Shown here: positions 1-8,338 of the stretch, piece by piece
Position numbering within the stretch: the stretch's first letter is position 1
How the letters are laid out: every line of letters starts with the position of its first letter
Assembly: GCA_902778275.1 (NCBI GenBank)
Contig: CACYXE010000015.1
Location: 6,619-70,618, forward strand
DNA length: 64,000 bases
Direction: 5' to 3'
Source of the DNA: Oscillospiraceae bacterium
GTDB lineage: Bacteria; Bacillota; Clostridia; Oscillospirales; Oscillospiraceae
The notes under the pieces: model-generated
What the model was told of the DNA's origin: nothing
Database searches by the model: none
What the model saw: the letters and a program-made list of their open reading frames with translations, nothing else
Program-made: the position numbers and the translations under genes

Positions 1-918
1 ACGTTTCTGCTGTGGATGCTGACGGAGCTTTTTGAAAAGCTGCCGGAGGTGGGCGATTTGGAAAAGCCCCGGATGATCTTCTTTTTCGACGAGGCCCATC
101 TGCTCTTTACCGACGCGCCCAAGGCCCTGGTCCAGAAGATCGTGCAGGTGGTCAAGCTGATCCGCTCCAAGGGCGTCGGCGTATACTTTGTTACCCAGAG
201 CGCCTCCGACATTCCGGACGAGGTGCTGGCGCAGCTTTCCAACCGGGTGCAGCATGCCCTGCGGGCCTATACGCCGAGCGAGCAGAAGTCAGTCCGCGCG
301 GCGGCCGGGGCTTTTCGCGTAAACCCCGCTTTCAGCACGGAACAGGCCATCACGGAGTTGGGCGTGGGCGAGGCGCTGGTGAGCTTTCTGGATGAAGAAG
401 GCGTCCCCACCGTGGTGGAGCGGGCTTATATCCTGCCGCCCCAGAGCCTGATCGGACCCGCCGATGAACGGGAAGTTCTCAATCTGATCAAACAGGATGA
501 ATTCGAACTGAAGTACCGGGAGAGCGTCGACCGGGAATCCGCCTATGAAATCCTGATCAAAGCCAATGCGGAACTGGCTCGCCGCCGCCAGGAGGAGACT
601 GAGGCGGCCGCCGAGGAAAAGCAGCGGGCCAAAGAGGAGGCGGCTGCGGCCAGGGCGGCGGAGCGAGAGGCGGCCCGGGAAGCGAAGGAAGCCGCACGGG
701 AGGCGGAGAGGAAGAAAAAAGTGGTACAGCAGGCGGCCAATCGGGCGGCCAATTCGGTGATCACGTCGGTAAGCCACAACATGGTAAACTCGGTGACCGG
801 CGGCAAGACCACCAGTATGTCCACCATCGCCAAGCGGGCGGCGTCCAGCGCCATCAGCTCGGTGATGCGCTCCGGCACCAGCTCCATCATCCGCGGCATC
901 TTTGGCAGCATGAAATAA
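1..918 (+). CDS. HerA-like ATPase, DUF853/YjgR family, C-terminal part (5' end lies outside the window)
   Basis: Frame 1 is open from base 1 (ORF track 16..918). [11 protein letters not shown] and [15 protein letters not shown] blocks are typical of YjgR-type HerA-like ATPases. K/E/A-rich tail. Confidence 0.75.
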   Translation, partial: TFLLWMLTELFEKLPEVGDLEKPRMIFFFDEAHLLFTDAPKALVQKIVQVVKLIRSKGVGVYFVTQSASDIPDEVLAQLSNRVQHALRAYTPSEQKSVRAAAGAFRVNPAFSTEQAITELGVGEALVSFLDEEGVPTVVERAYILPPQSLIGPADEREVLNLIKQDEFELKYRESVDRESAYEILIKANAELARRRQEETEAAAEEKQRAKEEAAAARAAEREAAREAKEAAREAERKKKVVQQAANRAANSVITSVSHNMVNSVTGGKTTSMSTIAKRAASSAISSVMRSGTSSIIRGIFGSMK

Positions 919-930
919 AGCCAGATAATC

Positions 931-966
931 GGAAAAGAACCGGATCGGTCGATCCGGTTCTTTTCC
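931..966. terminator. Bidirectional intrinsic terminator between convergent genes
   Basis: Perfect 16-bp stem GGAAAAGAACCGGATC / GATCCGGTTCTTTTCC with loop GGTC. Confidence 0.75.
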
Positions 967-977
967 TTGTATGTCTA

Positions 978-1304
978 TTATGCGGGCTCGTAGGAACGGC
1001 TGATCTCGATCCCGTCGGCGTTATACTCCACGTCCTCCATCAAGGACGGGTCCACGCGGCTGCGTTTCTTGACCACCATGCCCTCGCCCTGATTGTTGAA
1101 TACCCAGATCTTATGGGTGGGGAAGTCCGGATCCTGCTTGTTGAAGGCGCCGGATTCGTTCAGCCGGCAAAACTTGGCGCGGCCCTCCGGCGTGTCCAGG
1201 AGATCGCCGGGGCCGGTGTAGTACAGCTCGTCCTGCGCCGCCTTTTTCTTGAATTCTTCCCAATCCTTATCCTCTACCTTGTTGATATCGTTTGGCTGGA
1301 TCAT
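978..1304 (-). CDS. Hypothetical 108-aa protein
   Basis: ATG at 1304 is preceded by GAGGA. It lies 10 nt downstream of the SDR stop, which suggests one operon. No family recognised. Confidence 0.55.
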   Translation of the reverse strand: MIQPNDINKVEDKDWEEFKKKAAQDELYYTGPGDLLDTPEGRAKFCRLNESGAFNKQDPDFPTHKIWVFNNQGEGMVVKKRSRVDPSLMEDVEYNADGIEISRSYEPA

Positions 1305-1314
1305 ATCCCTGTCC

Positions 1315-2073
1315 TCACTTTCCCTGCTGCCTGCACCAGGTGTTCATTACGAAACTTACCGGCAGATGCTTGACCATGGCGGCCTGCAGCTGCTCCGGCA
1401 GGCCCAGGATCGAAACGGTCTTGCCCTTCTTCAGATCTCGCAGGGCCTTTTCAATGACCTGCTCCGGGAGATAAAACCGATTGTAATAGCGAATGGTGTC
1501 GTCGTGGACGGCGTGCTCGAAAAATTCCGTGGTGATCCAGCCGGGGCAGACGGCCATGACCTGGATGCCGCGGCCTTTCAGCTCCCTGCCCAGGGCCCGG
1601 GAAAAACTGAGCACGTAGGCCTTGGAGGCGCCGTACACGTTGATATAGGGAACCGGCTGCCAGGAGGACATGGAGCCCATGTTGATGATCCGGCTGCCTG
1701 CCTGCATATAGGGCAGACTCAGATAGCACATGCCGGTGAGACCCCGGGCGTTCAGATCGATGATGTCCAGCTGCCTTGAAACGTTCATCTCCTCAAAGAC
1801 GCCGAATAAACCAAAGCCCGCGGCGTTGACCAGCACGGAGATCTCCGGCTTTTCTGCTTCCAGCAGCTGCCGGTAAACTTCCAGGCTTTCCCGCTTTTGC
1901 AGATCCAGTACAAGCGGACGGACGGAATTGCGGCATTTGGCCTTCAACTCCTCCAGGCGATGCTCCCTCCGGGCGATGACCCAGATCTCATCGAAGCGTT
2001 CTTCCTTGTCCAGCGCGTAAACAAACTCCCGGCCCATGCCGGAGGACGCGCCGGTGATCACAGCAATTTTCAT
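1315..2073 (-). CDS. Short-chain dehydrogenase/reductase (SDR) family oxidoreductase
   Basis: Start trimmed to MKIAVITGASSGMG (ATG 2073). TGxxxGxG cofactor motif and YGASK catalytic motif. Confidence 0.85.
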   Translation of the reverse strand: MKIAVITGASSGMGREFVYALDKEERFDEIWVIARREHRLEELKAKCRNSVRPLVLDLQKRESLEVYRQLLEAEKPEISVLVNAAGFGLFGVFEEMNVSRQLDIIDLNARGLTGMCYLSLPYMQAGSRIINMGSMSSWQPVPYINVYGASKAYVLSFSRALGRELKGRGIQVMAVCPGWITTEFFEHAVHDDTIRYYNRFYLPEQVIEKALRDLKKGKTVSILGLPEQLQAAMVKHLPVSFVMNTWCRQQGK

Positions 2074-2194
2074 AGTTACATCTTGCCCTTTCTCGTGTTG
2101 GCTATACACAGAATAGCACAAGAGGAACAAAAGTACAACAGCCCCGGATAGGGATTTCTCTTTCCGGGGCTGGAAACAGCCGGAGCAGAGCCGC

Positions 2195-3022
2195 TCAGCA
2201 AAATGCGGCGATCTCCTTTGCCAGCAGTTCGGGCTGCTCAATGGGAACCATGTGGCTGGCATTGGCACACTCCACGATTTTGACTCCGCCCTTGGCATGG
2301 GCAGTCATAAATTCGGAAGCCACTTCTTTCGGATACAGGCCGCTGTCCGGGTAGAAATACAGCACCGGGACCGTGATCTTATCGATAGCGCTGCGGAAGT
2401 CGGCCCGGAACATGGACCACCAAAAGAGGGCCAGGATCCGGCGGTCATTGATACCGATCAGACCCGGACGGATCAGCACGGCAAGCTGCTCGGGGAAGGT
2501 TGCGAATACAGGCAGCACTTCACCGTAGAAGGTGAAGAGGAACTTATCGAAATCTTCGCAGATCAGATCCATGTCCTGTTCGAGCAATTCCAATGTCTTG
2601 TGCACCTTCCGATAGCCCAGGGACCAGTTGTCGTCATTGAGAAGCTTGGGACTCATGTCAATGAACACGCACTTCTTGATATTGTCACAGCCAAATTGAT
2701 CGATATAGCTGTAGATGGTCATGGCGCCCATGCTGTGTCCGATCAGGATCACGTCCTTTAAACCAAGGGCGTTGATCAGCGCGTGCAGATCTTGCCCCAG
2801 CTGCTGCATCGTTAAGCCCTTATCACAGGTAGAGGATGCACCGTGACCCCGGTGATCGTAATTGATGATCCGATATTTGCCCTGAGCCAGCAGCCTCTGG
2901 ATGATAGGCTCAAAGAGCTTGCCGTTGGAACTCCAACCGTGGACGAAGACAATGGGCTGGCCCTCGCCGCGGTCATCATAGTAGAGCTTCGCGTCGTAGA
3001 GTGAAGTTGTAAAGTATGGCAT
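2195..3022 (-). CDS. Alpha/beta-fold hydrolase
   Basis: VFVHGWSSNG oxyanion region and GHSMGA nucleophile elbow; 275 aa. Confidence 0.85.
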   Translation of the reverse strand: MPYFTTSLYDAKLYYDDRGEGQPIVFVHGWSSNGKLFEPIIQRLLAQGKYRIINYDHRGHGASSTCDKGLTMQQLGQDLHALINALGLKDVILIGHSMGAMTIYSYIDQFGCDNIKKCVFIDMSPKLLNDDNWSLGYRKVHKTLELLEQDMDLICEDFDKFLFTFYGEVLPVFATFPEQLAVLIRPGLIGINDRRILALFWWSMFRADFRSAIDKITVPVLYFYPDSGLYPKEVASEFMTAHAKGGVKIVECANASHMVPIEQPELLAKEIAAFC

Positions 3023-3106
3023 GTTGCTTCCTCCTATAAAATATTGTAAGAATCGTTTATCATAGCGGGCCTCCCGCTGTCAAGCGTGCGGGCGGCGGAA
3101 ACAACG

Positions 3107-3137
3107 TTCCCTGTCCTGTGAAACGCAGGACAGGGAA
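3107..3137 (-). terminator. Probable terminator after pfkA
   Basis: 12-bp perfect stem TTCCCTGTCCTG / CAGGACAGGGAA with a 7-nt loop. The T-tract on the minus strand is weak. Confidence 0.5.
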
Positions 3138-3142
3138 TGTGC

Positions 3143-4228
3143 TCAGTCGCCGAAGCTGATGCCGATGTTGCGGGCTACCTGGATCATGGGATGATCCACC
3201 GGCAGGAACTTGGTCTTGCTGGCGGCTTCTTCCAAAGGAATGGAGGTGATCCTGCCGTCCTGGATGGCCACCATACGGCCGTATTCCCGATTGATGATCA
3301 GCTCCGCCGCTGCGGTGCCGAACTGGGTGGCCAGGGCCCGGTCATAGGGGCAGGGGGGACCGCCGCGCTGATAGTGACCGGGGACCGTTACGCGGGCTTC
3401 CATGCCGGTAAGCCTCTCCAGCTCCGCCGCGATGGCATAGGAGATCGTGGGATACATGCTGTTTTCTTTCTTCTTGCGGCTGGCCTCTTCGTCCAGAACC
3501 GTATCGTCGATGGAGACGGCGCCTTCGGCGCAGGCTACGATGGAAAAGCTGCTGCCCCTGCGGCGGCGGCTTTCGACCAGCTCCGCCACCTTGTGGATAT
3601 CATAGGGGATCTCCGGGATCAGGATCACGTCCGCGCCGCTGGCGATGCCCGCATGCAGCGTCAGCCATCCGGCGTCACGGCCCATCAGCTCCACCACGAA
3701 AATGCGCCCGTGGGAGCTGGCGGTGGAGTGGATGTAGTCGATCACATTGGTGGCGATGTCCACGGCGCTCTGGAAGCCGAAGGTGGTATCCGTGCCGTAG
3801 ATATCGTTGTCGATGGTTTTGGGCAGGGTGATCACGTTCATGCCGTAATCGGCGATGAGCTTGGCGCTTTTCTGGGTACCGTTGCCGCCCATGATGACCA
3901 GACAGTCCAGATTCAAACGGTTATAGGTATGCAGCATGTCGGGCAGCAGGCTCCTGCCCTGCTCGTCCACAATGTCCTTGCCCGGAATATAGCGCTGCCG
4001 GGAAGTACCCAGGATCGTGCCGCCCTGGGTGAGGATGCCGGAGAAGTCCCGCGGCTCCATAAATTTATAGTCGCACTCGATGAGACCCCGGTAGCCGTCG
4101 TACATGCCGTAGATCTCCACATTGTCGAGCTTCTCATACAGGGTCTTGCCGATACCGCGAATGGCGGCGTTCAGCCCCTGACAATCGCCGCCGCTGGTGA
4201 CCAGCGCGACACGGGTCATTCTCTTCAT
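3143..4228 (-). CDS. pfkA: 6-phosphofructokinase
   Basis: Start trimmed to MKRMTRVALVTSGGDCQGLNAAIRG (ATG 4228, GGAGGATG SD). GGNGT, PKTIDNDI and MGR motifs. Confidence 0.9.
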   Translation of the reverse strand: MKRMTRVALVTSGGDCQGLNAAIRGIGKTLYEKLDNVEIYGMYDGYRGLIECDYKFMEPRDFSGILTQGGTILGTSRQRYIPGKDIVDEQGRSLLPDMLHTYNRLNLDCLVIMGGNGTQKSAKLIADYGMNVITLPKTIDNDIYGTDTTFGFQSAVDIATNVIDYIHSTASSHGRIFVVELMGRDAGWLTLHAGIASGADVILIPEIPYDIHKVAELVESRRRRGSSFSIVACAEGAVSIDDTVLDEEASRKKKENSMYPTISYAIAAELERLTGMEARVTVPGHYQRGGPPCPYDRALATQFGTAAAELIINREYGRMVAIQDGRITSIPLEEAASKTKFLPVDHPMIQVARNIGISFGD

Positions 4229-4345
4229 ACCGCATCCTCCATGATTTGTTAGTTCCTTGTCATTATGGAACATTCGACGGAAAAAAGCAAGAGGCATCCA
4301 TAAAGTTTTGTGCGATTCGCTTTGGCAAAATTCAAGGCTTGTTCA

Positions 4346-4374
4346 TAGACAAGCTCTGCGCTTTTTGCTATAAT
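4346..4374 (+). promoter_or_regulatory. Sigma-A-like promoter for the DegV gene
   Basis: TAGACA, 17 nt, TATAAT, with TG at the extended -10 position (TGCTATAAT). Confidence 0.5.
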
Positions 4375-4401
4375 GACTCTGGAGTATGTCAAGCGAAGGA
4401 G

Positions 4402-5259
4402 ATGTGGGGTTTGAGCAAGCCTGTTGTGATTACCGCTGACAGTACGGTGGACCTGTCCCCGGAACTGGTAGAACGTTTTCAGATCAAAGTGATCCCCTTG
4501 ACCATCGTACTGGGGGATGAGAGTTTTCTGGACGGGATCCATTTTACGCCGATCGACATGTACAAGCGATACCATGAGGACGGGACCCTTCCCAAGACCG
4601 CGGCTCCCAGTGTTCAGGATTTTCTGGATTTCTTTTCGGCTCTGGTGGAGGAGGGCAATGAAGTCGTCCATCTGGATATCAGTGCCGAACTCTCCAATAC
4701 CTATAACGCTGCCCGCCTGGCCGCCTCAGAACTGGAAGGCGTATATGTGGTGGACAGCCGTATGCTCTCCACCGGGGTTGGCCTTCTGGCCATCGAAGGG
4801 GCAGAGTGCCGCGATCAGGGCATGAACGCCTGGCAGATCGCCCGTCACCTGGAGAGCCTGACCGGCAAGGTGGAGACCAGCTTTGTGCTGGACACCCTGG
4901 AATTCATGCATAAGGGCGGCCGCTGCTCGGGCGTGGCGGCATTGGGCGCCAACCTGCTGAAGCTCAAGCCCGCTCTGGAGATGAAGGACGGCAAGCTGGG
5001 CGTGTATAAGAAATACCGCGGCAGCATTGAGCATGTGTACAAGCAGTACATAACGGAGCGCCTCAAGGACAAGGCGATCCGCCCCGGCCACATCTTCCTG
5101 ACGGAATCCGGCGAGATCGCCCCGGAGGTGGTAGACGAGCTGGAGAAGCTGGTTTTGGAATTGAGCGGCTGCAGGGAAGTCCACCACACCATTGCGGGCT
5201 GTACGATCTCTTCCCACTGCGGACCCAAGACCCTGGGCGTCCTGTTTATCGACGAATAA
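4402..5259 (+). CDS. DegV family (fatty-acid-binding) protein
   Basis: KPVVITADSTVDLSPEL N-terminus and overall DegV layout. Start is ATG 4402 or TTG 4411 (AAGGAG upstream). Confidence 0.85.
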   Translation: MWGLSKPVVITADSTVDLSPELVERFQIKVIPLTIVLGDESFLDGIHFTPIDMYKRYHEDGTLPKTAAPSVQDFLDFFSALVEEGNEVVHLDISAELSNTYNAARLAASELEGVYVVDSRMLSTGVGLLAIEGAECRDQGMNAWQIARHLESLTGKVETSFVLDTLEFMHKGGRCSGVAALGANLLKLKPALEMKDGKLGVYKKYRGSIEHVYKQYITERLKDKAIRPGHIFLTESGEIAPEVVDELEKLVLELSGCREVHHTIAGCTISSHCGPKTLGVLFIDE

Positions 5260-5271
5260 GATATATGGAAA

Positions 5272-5309
5272 CAGCAAGAGGCTCCCTCAACTGAGGGAGC
5301 CTCTTGCTG
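5272..5309. terminator. Bidirectional terminator between DegV and galE
   Basis: 18-bp perfect inverted repeat CAGCAAGAGGCTCCCTCA / TGAGGGAGCCTCTTGCTG. Confidence 0.75.
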
Positions 5310-5310
5310 C

Positions 5311-6327
5311 TTATTCGTTGTAGCCCATGGGGTTTTTGGACTGCCAGGTCCAGGTGTCCCGGCACATGTCGTCCAGGTCATACTCGGCTTTCCAGCCCAG
5401 CAGCTGCGCGCTCTTATCGGGACTGGAATAGACGGTGGCCAGATCGCCGGGCCGACGGTCTACGATCTCATAGGGGATCTTCTGCCCGGTGACCCGCTCA
5501 AAGGCATGTACCATGTCCAGCACGCTGTAGCCGGTGCCGGTACCCAGGTTGAACACGTTCTCGCCCCGGTGCTTCTGCATGTAGTCGATGGCCGCCACAT
5601 GTCCCCGGGCCAGATCCACCACGTGGATGTAATCCCGCACACCGGTGCCGTCGGGCGTGTCATAGTCGTTGCCGAAGACGCTGAGATGATCCCGCCGTCC
5701 CACGGCCACCTGGGCGATGAAAGGCATCAGATTGTTGGGAACGCCCCGGGGGTCCTCACCGATCAGACCGCTTCTGTGGGCGCCGATGGGGTTGAAGTAG
5801 CGCAGAAGGGAAACGGAGAAGTCCTCCACAGCCTTGGAGGTGTCCCGCAGGATCTGCTCGGACATGTATTTGGTCCAGCCATAGGGGTTGGTGCACATGC
5901 CGGTTTTGGAACTCTCCCGCAGGGGCATCTCATTGTCGCCGGAATAGACGGTGGCGGAGGAGGAGAAAACGATGTTCTTCACCCCATGATCCCGCATGGC
6001 CTCACACAGGGTGATGGTGGAGAACAGGTTGTTGTCGTAATACTCCAGGGGCATGGCCACGGATTCACCCACGGCCTTGAGCCCGGCAAAATGAATGGCG
6101 CAGCTGATATCGTGCTTCTCAAAGATCCGGTCCAGGGCCGCCCGATCCCGCACGTCGTTTTCGTAAAAGTCCACGTGCTTTCCGGTGATCTGCTCCACCC
6201 GTTCGATGGCCTTGGCGCTGGAGTTGACCAGGTTATCGATGACAACGACGCCGAAGCCCTTTTCCAGCAGTTCCACACAGGTATGGCTGCCGATATAGCC
6301 GGCGCCGCCGGTTACGAGTACGTTCAT
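5311..6327 (-). CDS. galE: UDP-glucose 4-epimerase
   Basis: MNVLVTGGAGYIGSH Rossmann motif, YGWTK catalytic YxxxK; 338 aa, typical GalE length. GGAGGG SD. Confidence 0.92.
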   Translation of the reverse strand: MNVLVTGGAGYIGSHTCVELLEKGFGVVVIDNLVNSSAKAIERVEQITGKHVDFYENDVRDRAALDRIFEKHDISCAIHFAGLKAVGESVAMPLEYYDNNLFSTITLCEAMRDHGVKNIVFSSSATVYSGDNEMPLRESSKTGMCTNPYGWTKYMSEQILRDTSKAVEDFSVSLLRYFNPIGAHRSGLIGEDPRGVPNNLMPFIAQVAVGRRDHLSVFGNDYDTPDGTGVRDYIHVVDLARGHVAAIDYMQKHRGENVFNLGTGTGYSVLDMVHAFERVTGQKIPYEIVDRRPGDLATVYSSPDKSAQLLGWKAEYDLDDMCRDTWTWQSKNPMGYNE

Positions 6328-6342
6328 TTCATGTCCCTCCGA

Positions 6343-7251
6343 TCAATCCAACAGTTTTTCGGGGTAGACCCCATCCCTGCGCAGCTGCGCGATGTAGGAA
6401 ACGACGTCGTCCATATCCTCACGATAGGTGATGCCGTGCCAGGTCTCGCGGCAGTTGAGTACCCGAACCCGGCCCTCGCCGGCCTGGATCAAAGCATTGG
6501 TGACAAAAGGAAGAAAATACTCGCACTTTTCCGGATTGACCGGGAGATTGGCGTCGAGCCAGGCGGGAAAGCGCTTTTCCAGCTCCGCCATCATGGAGGG
6601 CTGAAAGCCCCAGAAATTCATGGATACCGGAGAGAGCCCGGAGAGGGGGATCCAGGTCTCGCCGTCTTCGGTATAAGCGGCGTCCTCGCCGCGCTTGGCG
6701 ATCTTGGTGCGCTCCACCACGTCGCTCAGATATCCATCCTCCACCTGGCAGATACCGCGGGCTACAGTGCCATGCTCGGTGACCGTGTTCTTCAGCTGAT
6801 AGGCCACCATGGCGTGCTCGTTCTCCCCATGCTCCCCGGTGAGAAAAGCATAGAGAGCAGCGTAGGCGCTGGGACCATAGAAATCGTCGGCGTTGATGAC
6901 GGCGAAAGGACCGTCCACCGCGTCCTTGGCGCAGAGCGTGGCGTGGCCGGTGCCCCAGGGCTTGACGCGGCCTTCGGGCACGGAATAACCCTCCGGCAGC
7001 TTGTCCAGCTGCTGGTAAACATAGTGTACGTCGAAATACTTCTCCATGCGGCGGCCGACGGCGGCTTTGAAGTCCTCCTCGATCTCGTGCTTGATGATGA
7101 AAGCGACTCTACGGAAGCCCGCCCGATAGGCGTCATACAGAGAAAAGTCGATGATGGCGTGACCGAAAGGGTCCACCGCGGTGATCTGCTTAAGACCTCC
7201 GAAGCGGCTTCCCATACCGGCGGCCAGGATCACAAGTGTCGGCTCTGTCAT
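6343..7251 (-). CDS. Sugar-1-phosphate nucleotidyltransferase family protein
   Basis: LVILAAGMGSRFGG signature of NTP-transferases. GAGGGAGG SD. Sits 16 nt upstream of galE. Confidence 0.7.
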   Translation of the reverse strand: MTEPTLVILAAGMGSRFGGLKQITAVDPFGHAIIDFSLYDAYRAGFRRVAFIIKHEIEEDFKAAVGRRMEKYFDVHYVYQQLDKLPEGYSVPEGRVKPWGTGHATLCAKDAVDGPFAVINADDFYGPSAYAALYAFLTGEHGENEHAMVAYQLKNTVTEHGTVARGICQVEDGYLSDVVERTKIAKRGEDAAYTEDGETWIPLSGLSPVSMNFWGFQPSMMAELEKRFPAWLDANLPVNPEKCEYFLPFVTNALIQAGEGRVRVLNCRETWHGITYREDMDDVVSYIAQLRRDGVYPEKLLD

Positions 7252-7262
7252 GTGCGCCTCCC

Positions 7263-7874
7263 TCAGCGGCTCAGCGCTGCGCGGCAGTAGTAGTTGAACA
7301 TCCGTTCCCGGGCCAGGGTGCTGCTGTCCATGTGGCCGGGATAGACCTCAAAGTCACCCTCCAGCAGGCAGAGCCTGCGCAGCGAATCCAGCTCCGTGTA
7401 CATATCGCCGCCGGGCAGGTCGGTGCGGCCGCAGCTGCCGCGAAACAGGGTATCGCCGGTAAAAAGGGCGTTCTCACAGCGGAGCGTGACCCCGCCGGGG
7501 GTATGACCCGGGGTACCGATCACTTCAAAGTGCAGGCCGGCCACGTCCACCACGTCGCCGTCCTTGTAGTAGACGCCGCCCTCGGGCAGAGTGAAGCGCC
7601 CATTGCCCAGGTTGATATGCCTGGCGTCGTCCAGCTCGTTCATATAGACAGGTGCGCCGGTCTCCCGCCGAACGCCATCCACCGCGCCGATATGGTCCCA
7701 ATGGGTATGGGTCAGCAGAATGGCCTTGCACTTGAGCTTATTGTCTTCCATGTAGTTGAGAATAGTGTTGGTCTCGTCGCCCGGATCAATGACGACACAT
7801 TCAAGGGTTTCCTCGTTGGTGACCACGTAGCAGTTGGTCTCCAACTGGCCCACAGGCAGGGTTTTGATCAGCAT
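7263..7874 (-). CDS. MBL-fold metallo-hydrolase (glyoxalase II-like)
   Basis: Start trimmed to MLIKTLPVGQLETNCY (ATG 7874). THTHWDH metal motif. Confidence 0.85.
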   Translation of the reverse strand: MLIKTLPVGQLETNCYVVTNEETLECVVIDPGDETNTILNYMEDNKLKCKAILLTHTHWDHIGAVDGVRRETGAPVYMNELDDARHINLGNGRFTLPEGGVYYKDGDVVDVAGLHFEVIGTPGHTPGGVTLRCENALFTGDTLFRGSCGRTDLPGGDMYTELDSLRRLCLLEGDFEVYPGHMDSSTLARERMFNYYCRAALSR

Positions 7875-7876
7875 AG

Positions 7877-8320
7877 TTACAGCTCCTTTGTATCCAGAAT
7901 GATGGTGACGGGACCATCGTTGATCGACTCCACAAGCATTTCCGCGCCGAAGGAACCGGTCTCCACACGGAAGCCCTGCTCCCGGCACTTTTCGATGACC
8001 AGCTCATACAGAGGGATGGCGGTATCCGGCCGGGCGGCCTTGGAAAAGCCCGGGCGCCGGGATTTGCAGTCGGCAAACAGGGTGAACTGGCTGATGATCA
8101 GCAGCTCCGCCCCGGCGTCCTTGGGGTTGACGTTCATCTTGCCGTTTTCATCTTCAAAGATCCGCAGGCCGCAGATCTTGTCGGCGATTTTCAGGGCCTC
8201 CGCCTCGCCGTCCTCCTGATGAACGCCCAGCAGGACCAGAAAGCCCTTGCCGATGTTGCCCTGGACTTGACCGTCTATGGTGACGGAGGCGGATCTTACA
8301 CGAGTAAGCACTGCTCTCAT
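7877..8320 (-). CDS. dtd: D-aminoacyl-tRNA deacylase
   Basis: 147 aa. GKGFLVLLGV and SQFTL motifs characteristic of Dtd. Confidence 0.92.
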   Translation of the reverse strand: MRAVLTRVRSASVTIDGQVQGNIGKGFLVLLGVHQEDGEAEALKIADKICGLRIFEDENGKMNVNPKDAGAELLIISQFTLFADCKSRRPGFSKAARPDTAIPLYELVIEKCREQGFRVETGSFGAEMLVESINDGPVTIILDTKEL

Positions 8321-8338
8321 AGAAAAGCTCCTTTCGCT

